Shown here: positions 1-7,369 of the stretch, piece by piece
Numbering within the stretch: position 1 is the first letter of the stretch
Layout: each line of letters begins with the position of its first letter
DNA from: an uncultured Planctomycetota bacterium
GTDB lineage: Bacteria; Planctomycetota; JACOTG01; JAUIME01
DNA length: 28,096 bases
Assembly (NCBI GenBank): GCA_964597885.1
Contig: CAZQZX010000067.1
Coordinates: 1-28,096 of the forward strand
Direction of reading: 5' to 3'
Translations under genes and position numbers: made by a program
Notes under the pieces: generated by a model
Told to the model about the DNA's origin: nothing
The model's database searches: none
The model's input: only the letters and a program-made list of their open reading frames with translations

Positions 1-1719
1 CGCGCCCGCTACTTCGCCGGAGATCTCGAAGCGGCCGGCCGTCATGCCGACGCCGCCGAGCGCGCCGGGGCCACGCTCCCGACGCTCTTCCGCGCGAACC
101 TCGAGCGCGCCCTCACCGGCACGCCCGCGCCGAGCGCGCCCGTCGCGGCTTCGACCCGCGGGACCGGCCCCAACATCGGCCCGCAGGTTCGCGTCGATGT
201 CGGCGGCGGCACCGCGGCCGCGAACGAAACCTCGATCGCTTCGTCGGACTTCGATTCCGATGAGGTCGTCGCGAGCTGGAACGACTGGCGAGACAGTGGC
301 GGCAGCGAGACGGTCCGCACCGGCGTGGCGCTCAGCCAGGACGGCGGCACCACCTGGACGGACTTCACCCTCCGCCCGCCGCTTCCGAACCAGTCGAACG
401 TCGAAGGCGATCCGATGACCGCCTACGATCACCGCACCGGCGCCCTCTGGGTCGGCGCGATCTCGTTCACCACGAACGGTGGCCTGTACTCGGCCCGAAA
501 GGATGCCGGCAGCGCGACCTTCGAGCCGTCGGTCCAGATCGGCCAGCTCTCGTTTGCCGACAAGTGCTGGATGGCGGCGGGCGCCGCTCCCGGCAACCCG
601 AACGACACGCGCGTCTACATCGCGCTCAACGAAGGCGTCTGGCGCTCGTCGGACATGGGCGACAGCTGGCAGGGCCCGGTGAACGCGGGCTTCGGCGGCG
701 GCTTCCTTCCGCGCGTCGCGCCGGACGGCACCCTGTACGTGACGGTGTGGGACTTCAACGCCACGCACTTCCTCGCCACGAGCACCAACGGCGGCCTCAC
801 CTTCACGCAGACCAACATCGTCACGCGAATGGACACCTGGGGCACGCAGGACGGCTCCCGCTTCCCGGGACTGTTCCGCGTTCCTTCGTTCGGCACGCTC
901 GCGATCGACCCGAACGACGGCAAGCTGTACTTCGTCTACTTCGACACCACGTCGCAGCAGGGTTCGAACCGCGACGTCGACCTCTACCTGATGACGTCGA
1001 CCAACGGCGGCTCCACGTGGACGACCCCACAGGAGCTCGGCTTCGACAACGTCAACGACGGCGACCAGTTCTTCCCGTGGCTCGAGATCGACGCGAACGG
1101 CGTCCTGCACATGGTGTACTACGACAGCCAGAACACCTCGCAGAACGACAACGACGCGAACGGCTTCTTCGACGCCTACTACGCCTTCAGCGCCGACGGC
1201 GGCAGCTCGTGGGAGACGGCCCGTCTGACGCCGAACGCCTTCAACAGCATCAACGACGGCCTCGACCGCGGTTCGTCGCAGTTCATGGGCGACTACCTCG
1301 GCCTCGCGTACGGCGACAACCGGATCTATCCGTGCTACCCGTCGACGCAGAACGGCGATACCGACATCTTCGTGCACCGCATCGAGAGCGGTGAGCCGAC
1401 GGCTCTGTCGCTCGTCGACCCCAACCCGGGAATCGCGGGCCAGAACAACACGTTCCGCGCGACCGGCGCACAGCCGGGAGACCCGGTGTTCTTCGTCGCG
1501 AACCGCAACACCGGATCCGAGATCATCCCGGGCTGCCCGAACATCACGCTCGGCATCAACAACCCGAAGAATCTCGGCAACGTAAACGCCGACGTGAACG
1601 GAAACGCGTTCCTCAACTTCCGCGTTCCGCGCCGCGCCGAGGGCCTGCGGGTCTTCTTCCAGGCGTATCAGCTCTCGAGCTGTCGGAAGTCGAACGTGGT
1701 GGAGTACACGTTCCCCTGA
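1..1719 (+). CDS. BNR/Asp-box repeat protein, sialidase/glycosyl-hydrolase-like beta-propeller (5'-partial; frame is open from base 1)
   Basis: Frame 1 is open from position 1 to the stop at 1717-1719. The protein contains repeated S-x-D-x-G-x-T-W/F Asp-box motifs (SQDGGTTW, SSDMGDSW, STNGGLTF, STNGGSTW, SADGGSSW) and GC3-rich codon usage. The first in-frame ATG in the track is at 325, but the frame has no upstream stop. Confidence 0.75.
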   Translation, partial: RARYFAGDLEAAGRHADAAERAGATLPTLFRANLERALTGTPAPSAPVAASTRGTGPNIGPQVRVDVGGGTAAANETSIASSDFDSDEVVASWNDWRDSGGSETVRTGVALSQDGGTTWTDFTLRPPLPNQSNVEGDPMTAYDHRTGALWVGAISFTTNGGLYSARKDAGSATFEPSVQIGQLSFADKCWMAAGAAPGNPNDTRVYIALNEGVWRSSDMGDSWQGPVNAGFGGGFLPRVAPDGTLYVTVWDFNATHFLATSTNGGLTFTQTNIVTRMDTWGTQDGSRFPGLFRVPSFGTLAIDPNDGKLYFVYFDTTSQQGSNRDVDLYLMTSTNGGSTWTTPQELGFDNVNDGDQFFPWLEIDANGVLHMVYYDSQNTSQNDNDANGFFDAYYAFSADGGSSWETARLTPNAFNSINDGLDRGSSQFMGDYLGLAYGDNRIYPCYPSTQNGDTDIFVHRIESGEPTALSLVDPNPGIAGQNNTFRATGAQPGDPVFFVANRNTGSEIIPGCPNITLGINNPKNLGNVNADVNGNAFLNFRVPRRAEGLRVFFQAYQLSSCRKSNVVEYTFP

Positions 1720-1755
1720 TTCGCGGCCAAGCCATACGCTGCGAGTGAGGTCGCT

Positions 1756-1810
1756 GCAAAACAAAAAAGCCCGGCCGGCGCGAGATGCGCCGGCCGGGCT
1801 TTTCTTTTGG
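1756..1810. terminator. bidirectional rho-independent terminator between convergent genes
   Basis: A-tract (1756-1767), perfect 13-14 bp GC stem AGCCCGGCCGGCGC / GCGCCGGCCGGGCT (1768-1800) with loop GAGAT, then TTTCTTTT (1801-1808). It reads as hairpin plus U-tract on both strands. Confidence 0.75.
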
Positions 1811-1904
1811 CGATCCGGTGTCGCCCGCGCCGGCTCGCGCTGCCGTTGCCGACAACGCGCGTGTGCAGAGGGTCCGTTGCGCAGACGTCCGGGGGTCGGT
1901 GACT

Positions 1905-4331
1905 CTAGAGCACGCGAAGCTCCGCGGACTTGGCCTTTCGGCTCTTTCGCTTGCGGGCTTCTTCTTCCTCGAGCAGGCGCAGGATCTCGGCCTTCGAACG
2001 ATCCGAGTGCAACAGATCGATCAGGTCGCGGCGCGCCGATTCGTTCGACTGCTCGACCGCCTCGATCTGGCGCTTCATGATCGCCTTGAGCACCTCGTCG
2101 CTCATCTCGTTCCGGTTGACCTGGGCCGACTCGAGCGCCTTCTTCAACGGGATGATCTGTTGCTGGTGCTCGCCACGCATTCGATCGGTCTGCGAGAGCA
2201 GCTCGACGAGCTTCGCTTGGAGCGCCTTCGTGCGAGCTCGTTCCTTCGCGAGCTCCGCCTCGAGCTTGGCTTGAGCCGCCTTGAGATCGTGCTGCACATG
2301 TTCATTCTTCGCCTGCTGCGCGCGAATCTTCTGCATCGCGGCGATCTCGCGATCCCGGGCGCGCATCTCTTCGGCTCGCGCTTCTTCGATCGCGCGAAGC
2401 TCGTCGTACGCCCGGCGCTTCTGATCGTCGCGACGCTGTTTCTCGGCAGCGCGGCCTTCCTCGATCGCGCGAAGCTCGTCGTACGCCCGGCGCTTCTGAT
2501 CGTCGCGACGCTGATTCTCTTCGTAGGCGCGACGTTCGTTGTACGCGCGCTTCTCTTCGTAGGCGCGCTTCTCCTTGTACGCACGCTCCTCGTGCGCGAG
2601 GCGTTCCTCGAGCTCACGCTGCAGATCGTGCAGGTGCGCTTCCCGCGCGCGGATCTCTTCGTGCATCCGACGCTCGCGCTCCGAGATCTCGCGCTGCAGG
2701 GCTTCCTCGCGGGCGCGGATCTCTTCGTGCATCTGCCGCTCGCGGGCTTCGATCTCGCGAGCGAGATGCATCTCCTTGGCTTCGATCTCCCGCGCGAAGT
2801 TCCTCTCACGCGCTTCGATCTCCCGCGCGAGGTCCTTCTCGCGCGACTCGATCTCGCGAACGACCCGCTCGCGGGCCTCGAGCTCACGGGCGAGATCTTT
2901 CTCGCGCATCGCGTCCTCGATGCGGGCCCGTTCGCGCCTCTGGAGCTCGCGAGCCTTCTCCAGCTCGAGGATGACGCGCTTGTTCTTCTCGCTACCATGC
3001 TCGTCATAACGCGCGCGGGCCTCGTCGAGCTTGGCGCGAAGAGCCACTTCGTGGAGCTGCAGCTCGCGCACTCGCGCCCGCTCCGCCTGCATTCGTTCGA
3101 AGACTTCCGCCTTCTTCTTGTGCTCGGCGAGCACCTTCAGCTCTTCGGCGATCGCGGCCGCGCGCGCCGCTTCGGCGGTTTGCTTCGCGACCATCGCCTG
3201 GCGAGCTTCCAGCTCCGCCTGCTTTGCGAGCATCAGGTTCTCTTGCGCGGCCTTCTCGGCGAGGATCAGGTTCCTCTTGGCGGCCGCGATCTCTTCCTTC
3301 GCCTTCTCGTTCTTTTCGGGGGGGCAAGCCACGGCCGGTCGCATCGCGACGAACGCGAGTGCGGCCACGGCGACGAGCACCAGCGGCACGGCCCAGCCGA
3401 CCGCTCGGCCGGCGGAGTCGCGCTCGGCGCCGACAATCCGTCGAATTCTCTTCATCAGGGGTCCTCCAGTCGATGACATGGCCAAACGGTTCACGGGTCC
3501 GGTGTGGGGGCTGCGCAGCCCGTCCAGCGTCAAGAGTGCCCTCGCGTAAGCAAGAGCCTCGCCGCGGCGTCCCGCGGCGGCATCGTCACAGCAGTATTCG
3601 CGTTCCACCCGGATGCGGTTCGAAACCCACCACACGGCCGGATGGAAGAAGAACGTCGATTCGAAAGCAGCCTGCACGAGATTCACGAGCCCGTCGTGCC
3701 GACGCACGTGGGCGAGCTCGTGAAGGATCACCGCGCGGAGCTGCTCGGGAGGGAGCGCCGTCAGAGCGCTGGCCGGAAGCAGGATCACGGGACGCAGCCA
3801 GCCGACGACGATCGGCACGTGCGTGAGGCCCGACTCGAGGACGCGCACCGGCCGCGAGATGCGCCATCGCCGCGCCGTCTCCCGAACGAGCGAGCGGACC
3901 GCGGCCGGAGCCACACGTACGTTCTTGCGTCGAAGTCGAAGCGCGTAGGTCCAGTGAAGCACCACTCGCACGTGAAACAGGATCGCGCCGGCGCCCCAGA
4001 ATGCGGTGAGCATCGCGTAGAGCCACGGGATCTCACGCGCGCCTTCGAAGCTCTGCGTCAAGAGCGCGAGCGATTCCTCGCCGAGCGGCGGGACGTCAGC
4101 GACCGGCCGGACCGAAAGCACGAAGAACGTCGAGAGCGGCGCGAGGATCATCGCGATCATCGCCGCGAGCGAGACGGCGTAGCGCGCTTCAGGCGTCGAT
4201 CGCCGGAGCAGATGGAGGCCGAGCGCGAGCACGGCGGCGATCGCGGTTCCCTGCCACAGGAAGTGCAGGAACGTCAGGCCGGCGCTCTCGACGAGCGAGC
4301 TCCAGTCGATGTCGAAGTGAAGGGTCGGCAT
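1905..4331 (-). CDS. BlaR1/MecR1-family M56 metallopeptidase membrane protein. The N-terminal 4-TM domain carries an HEXXH motif. The C-terminal roughly 480 aa form a highly charged coiled-coil/single-alpha-helix-like repeat region with no recognisable sensor domain.
   Basis: The N-terminus has multiple hydrophobic helices and HELAHVRRHD (HEXXH) as in BlaR1 M56 peptidases. The start codon overlaps the stop of the upstream BlaI-like gene (ATGA at 4329-4333). The C-terminal half is E/R/K/A-rich with repeated units such as LAREIEARER and RAYEEKRAYNERRAYEE, and the protein ends without a globular domain. Confidence 0.8.
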   Translation of the reverse strand: MPTLHFDIDWSSLVESAGLTFLHFLWQGTAIAAVLALGLHLLRRSTPEARYAVSLAAMIAMILAPLSTFFVLSVRPVADVPPLGEESLALLTQSFEGAREIPWLYAMLTAFWGAGAILFHVRVVLHWTYALRLRRKNVRVAPAAVRSLVRETARRWRISRPVRVLESGLTHVPIVVGWLRPVILLPASALTALPPEQLRAVILHELAHVRRHDGLVNLVQAAFESTFFFHPAVWWVSNRIRVEREYCCDDAAAGRRGEALAYARALLTLDGLRSPHTGPVNRLAMSSTGGPLMKRIRRIVGAERDSAGRAVGWAVPLVLVAVAALAFVAMRPAVACPPEKNEKAKEEIAAAKRNLILAEKAAQENLMLAKQAELEARQAMVAKQTAEAARAAAIAEELKVLAEHKKKAEVFERMQAERARVRELQLHEVALRAKLDEARARYDEHGSEKNKRVILELEKARELQRRERARIEDAMREKDLARELEARERVVREIESREKDLAREIEARERNFAREIEAKEMHLAREIEARERQMHEEIRAREEALQREISERERRMHEEIRAREAHLHDLQRELEERLAHEERAYKEKRAYEEKRAYNERRAYEENQRRDDQKRRAYDELRAIEEGRAAEKQRRDDQKRRAYDELRAIEEARAEEMRARDREIAAMQKIRAQQAKNEHVQHDLKAAQAKLEAELAKERARTKALQAKLVELLSQTDRMRGEHQQQIIPLKKALESAQVNRNEMSDEVLKAIMKRQIEAVEQSNESARRDLIDLLHSDRSKAEILRLLEEEEARKRKSRKAKSAELRVL
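2386..2515. repeat. intragenic direct repeat, 75-bp period x2, with a roughly 51-bp core identical in both copies
   Basis: tcgatcgcgcgaagctcgtcgtacgcccggcgcttctgatcgtcgcgacgctg occurs at 2386-2438 and again at 2461-2513. The period of 75 nt equals 25 codons and encodes ...QRRDDQKRRAYDELRAIEE... twice in the minus-strand protein. Confidence 0.8.
2508..2910. repeat. intragenic short tandem repeats (18-bp units around 2508-2590; 33-bp units x~8 around 2640-2910, with a 66-bp super-period)
   Basis: Degenerate 18-bp units (cttctcttcgtaggcgcg / cttctccttgtacgcacg) encode KRAYEE repeats. The 33-bp units (cgcttcgatctcccgcgcgaagttcctctcacg / cgcttcgatctcccgcgcgaggtccttctcgcg ...) encode AREIEARERxx repeats. 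gcgcggatctcttcgtgcatc recurs at about 2647 and 2713. Confidence 0.65.
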
Positions 4332-4720
4332 CAGTCTTCCCCCTCGCTCTCGAGGCGATCGAGGAGATCCCGGATCTGCTTCCGCTCATCCGAGCTGAGC
4401 TTCCTTGCCGAGAGCGCCTGGAGCACCAGGTTCCCGGGGGAGCCACGGAAGAGCCGATCGAGGAGATCGCCGACGTAGACCTTCTCGGTCTGGCGGCGTG
4501 TCCGCGAAGCTCGGTAGACCTGCGGCCGCACCGAGTCATCCTTCTCGAGGATGCCCTTGTCGGCCATGATCTGCATCAGCTTCAGGACCGTCGTGTACCC
4601 GATGTCGTGCTCCTCCTCGAGGGTCCGCAGAACCTCGCGCACGGTGCTCGGTCCGCGATCCCACAAGACCTGCAGGATTCGCAGCTCGGCGTCCGTCGGG
4701 CGTCCTCGATCTTTCTTCAT
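4331..4720 (-). CDS. BlaI/MecI/CopY-family transcriptional repressor (Penicillinase_R-like winged helix)
   Basis: The 129-aa protein MKKDRGRPTDAELRILQVLWDRGPSTVREVLRTLEEE...TTVLKLMQIMADKGIL has a typical BlaI N-terminal wHTH and C-terminal dimerisation region. An AGGAG RBS lies 9 nt upstream of the ATG, and the gene is translationally coupled to the downstream M56 peptidase gene. Confidence 0.85.
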   Translation of the reverse strand: MKKDRGRPTDAELRILQVLWDRGPSTVREVLRTLEEEHDIGYTTVLKLMQIMADKGILEKDDSVRPQVYRASRTRRQTEKVYVGDLLDRLFRGSPGNLVLQALSARKLSSDERKQIRDLLDRLESEGED

Positions 4721-4740
4721 GGCTCAGGCTCCTGGATGAC

Positions 4741-4820
4741 GGCAGGGGTATACGTCCGTCGACCGATCCAGTTTGACGTAAGTCTTCGTCATTTTCACGA
4801 AGTTTTTCGTCATTTGTGGG
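4741..4820 (-). promoter_or_regulatory. candidate promoter/operator region of the blaI-like operon (overlapping dyad symmetries and direct repeats)
   Basis: An AT-richer patch 20-100 bp upstream of the blaI-like start holds several dyads and repeats. TTGACGTAAGTCTTCGTCA lies at 4773-4791. The imperfect palindrome CTTCGTCAttttCACGAAG lies at 4784-4802. The motif TTCGTCATTT is duplicated at 4786-4795 and 4807-4816. Confidence 0.4.
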
Positions 4821-4924
4821 CGGGGTCTTGAGCGCGGATCTCGGCCCGACGCCGCACCGGGTACGGGGCGTGGACGTAGGTAAGGCGTCAGAAAGGTCTT
4901 CCGTCGTCGATCCCGAGGCGTGGA

Positions 4925-5737
4925 TCAGGTCGTGCAGAGCGAGCGTCGCGCGAGGATCTCGCCGCCGATCGCCCAGGCTCCCACGCCCATCGCGAGGAGG
5001 ACCGCCATATCGCCGGCCGGAAATCCGTTGCTGCTGAGGACGTTCGCCGGCTGGTAGTAGTCGAGCACGCTCAGGAACACGACGTGCTTGGCGGGCTCGA
5101 AGAACTGCGCGATGAACTTCAGGAGGAACGACGCCACGACGAACGTCGTCACGATACCCACGGCCTTGCCCCGACGATCCGAGAGCGCCGACACCAGAAA
5201 CGCCGCGCCAGCCACCGCGACGAAGACGCAGTAGAAGTTCAGGTAGACGACGATCACCTGCATGCCGCGAGGTCGGATCTCGGGCGGCATCGCCGGCGAG
5301 GCCACGAGATGCCCGAGCCAGCCGCAGATCATCAGGAAGACGCCCGCCGCGAGCACGTAGGCCGTCTCGGTCAGGTACACCGTGCGGCGGCCGATCGGCC
5401 ACCCGAGCAGGATGTCGATGGTGCCTCGATCGACCTCGCCGGCCGGCGTGCGCGTGCAGAACACGATCACGAAGCCGAACACGGTCGTCAGGATCACCGG
5501 ATGCACCCACAGGATCGCCTGCATCATCTGCGCCGAGAGCGTGTCGCCGATCTCGGTCGAGAGCAGCGCGGACACCATCCGTCGCGCGATCGGGATCTGC
5601 TTGAAGATATCGCCGAACCCGTCCTGAAGCTGCGGCAGGATGTACGTCAGAAGCGCGGTGACGGCGAAGAGCGCGGCCGCGAACAGGCCGGTCATCGTCG
5701 AGGTCTCGCGCCAGATCTTGTAGACGAGGCCACGCAT
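4925..5737 (-). CDS. ABC-2 type transporter permease (6 predicted TM helices)
   Basis: The protein is hydrophobic with multiple TM segments. Its most plausible start, MRGLVYKIW... (ATG at 5735-5737), overlaps the stop of the upstream ATPase gene (ATGA). The track's longer 375-aa version would overlap the ATPase gene by about 300 nt. Confidence 0.7.
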   Translation of the reverse strand: MRGLVYKIWRETSTMTGLFAAALFAVTALLTYILPQLQDGFGDIFKQIPIARRMVSALLSTEIGDTLSAQMMQAILWVHPVILTTVFGFVIVFCTRTPAGEVDRGTIDILLGWPIGRRTVYLTETAYVLAAGVFLMICGWLGHLVASPAMPPEIRPRGMQVIVVYLNFYCVFVAVAGAAFLVSALSDRRGKAVGIVTTFVVASFLLKFIAQFFEPAKHVVFLSVLDYYQPANVLSSNGFPAGDMAVLLAMGVGAWAIGGEILARRSLCTT

Positions 5738-6636
5738 CAGCTCGCCTCGCTTTCGGATTCGGTCGTGTAGTACTGGCGGAAGAGGCTCTCGAGGTTCGGC
5801 GATCCGATCGTCATGTCTTCGATCGATCGAGTCGCCGCCCAGCGGATGAGATCCGAGCTCTCGCCCGCGAGCTCGCACCGCCACTGTCGCCCACCGCGAT
5901 CGAGAATCCGCAGGAACGGGGGCACGTCCACACCCGCCGCCTCGCCGTTGTCGAACAGAAGCGTCACCGTTCGGCGCGCGCGCTCCCGCAGCGACCGCAG
6001 CGACTCGTTCGCCACGATGCGCCCCTCGCGGACGATCGCGATGTGATCGCACAGCTGCTCGACCTCGCTCAGCGTGTGGCTCGAGAAGAACACGGTGTGC
6101 CCGTTCGCCGCCATGTCGCGAAGGAGATTCGACAGCTCGTCCTGCATCAGCGGATCGAGGCCCGACGTGGGCTCGTCCAGGATCGCGAGCCGCGGCTCGT
6201 GAACCAGCGCCATGATGAGGCCGAGCTTCTGCCGCGTCCCGCGCGACATCTTGTGGACGTGCACGCTCATGTCGAGCCGGAATCGTTCGGCGAGCTCGAC
6301 GCCCTTCTTCGTGAGGTCGCGCCCATGGATCCCGCTGAGGATGCGAAGCGCCGCGTGTCCGTTCATCCAGGTGTACAACCGCAGGTCGCCCGGCACGTAA
6401 CCGATCTGCTTCTTGATGGTCGCGCTGTTTCGCCAGCAGTCGAGCCCGAACACCTCGGCGCTTCCCGACGTCGGCTCGAGAAAGCCGAGCAGGATCCGGA
6501 TGGTGGTCGTCTTCCCGGCGCCGTTCGGTCCGAGGAATCCGAACAGGCTTCCCTCGGCGACCTCGAGGTTCACCCCGTCGATGCCGAGCCGGCTGCCATA
6601 GCGGCGCGTCAGTTCGAAAGTAGAGAGGACTTTCAT
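5737..6636 (-). CDS. ABC transporter ATP-binding protein (ABC-2/DrrA-like)
   Basis: It has a Walker A motif (GPNGAGKTTT), a Q-loop, an ABC signature-like MSRGTRQKLGL, a Walker B (LAILDEPTSGLD) and an H-loop (SSHTLSEV). Confidence 0.9.
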   Translation of the reverse strand: MKVLSTFELTRRYGSRLGIDGVNLEVAEGSLFGFLGPNGAGKTTTIRILLGFLEPTSGSAEVFGLDCWRNSATIKKQIGYVPGDLRLYTWMNGHAALRILSGIHGRDLTKKGVELAERFRLDMSVHVHKMSRGTRQKLGLIMALVHEPRLAILDEPTSGLDPLMQDELSNLLRDMAANGHTVFFSSHTLSEVEQLCDHIAIVREGRIVANESLRSLRERARRTVTLLFDNGEAAGVDVPPFLRILDRGGRQWRCELAGESSDLIRWAATRSIEDMTIGSPNLESLFRQYYTTESESEAS

Positions 6637-7325
6637 GATCTTCGTGACGCCACGCTACGCCGCGCTTCCTCGGCCATTCGCTTCTTTGTGGCCGTCCACG
6701 AGCAAATCGGGCACGTGCCGAGGTCGTGCCCCCGCGCCGGACAGTGCTCGCGGCCGAAGTAGATGATCTGCAGGTGCAGCGCGTTCCAGCGGTCGCGCGG
6801 AAACACGCGCTTCAGGTCGGCCTCGGTGCGCTCGACGGTCGTCCCGCGCGAGAGTCCCCAACGCGCGGCCAGCCGATGGATGTGCGTGTCCACGGGAAAG
6901 GCCGGCACCCCGAACGCCTGCGCCATCACGACGCTCGCCGTCTTGTGGCCGACGCCCGGCAATCGCTCGAGCGCCTCGAGGTCGGCGGGGACGATGCCGT
7001 CGTGCTCCTCGAGCAGGATCTCGGAGAGTCGATGGATATTCTTGGCCTTCGCGGGAGCGAGCCCGCACGTGCGGATGTGGTCGTGGATCTCGGCGACGGA
7101 CAGCTCGACCATCGCCTCGGGGCTGGACGCACTCGCGAAGAGCGCCGGCGTCACGAGGTTGACGCGCGCGTCCGTCGTCTGCGCCGAAAGCAGCACCGCG
7201 ACGAGCAGCGTGTACGGATCCTCGTGGTCGAGCGGGATCGGCGTCTCGGGGTAGAGATCGTCGAGGATCTCCTGGATGCGCTTGGCCTTGGAAGCCCGGT
7301 CCATGCCTGGGAGTCTAGCAGACAC
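6633..7325 (-). CDS. nth: endonuclease III (Nth) DNA glycosylase/AP lyase. The start may be the internal ATG at 7304.
   Basis: It has an HhH-GPD fold with LPGVGHKTASVVM (catalytic Lys) and VDTHIHRL (catalytic Asp), and a C-terminal Cys cluster region. The track's start at 7325 is a GTG. ATG at 7302-7304 gives MDRASKAKRIQEIL..., which matches typical Nth N-termini. The stop overlaps the ABC ATPase start (ATGA 6633-6636). Confidence 0.85.
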   Translation of the reverse strand: MSARLPGMDRASKAKRIQEILDDLYPETPIPLDHEDPYTLLVAVLLSAQTTDARVNLVTPALFASASSPEAMVELSVAEIHDHIRTCGLAPAKAKNIHRLSEILLEEHDGIVPADLEALERLPGVGHKTASVVMAQAFGVPAFPVDTHIHRLAARWGLSRGTTVERTEADLKRVFPRDRWNALHLQIIYFGREHCPARGHDLGTCPICSWTATKKRMAEEARRSVASRRS

Positions 7326-7369
7326 GGCAGGCCCCCGAGGACGTCAGCCGGCGACGTCAACCGACGACG

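Noticed and set aside
1785-3476. 563-aa plus-strand ORF (and companions 2144..3007 -, 2575..3009 +, 3031..3549 +)
   Set aside because: It is antisense or out-of-frame with respect to the M56-peptidase/coiled-coil gene. Its composition is Arg/Ser/Ala-rich, typical of shadow ORFs in high-GC DNA and of repeats read in other frames. It has no RBS and no recognisable domains.
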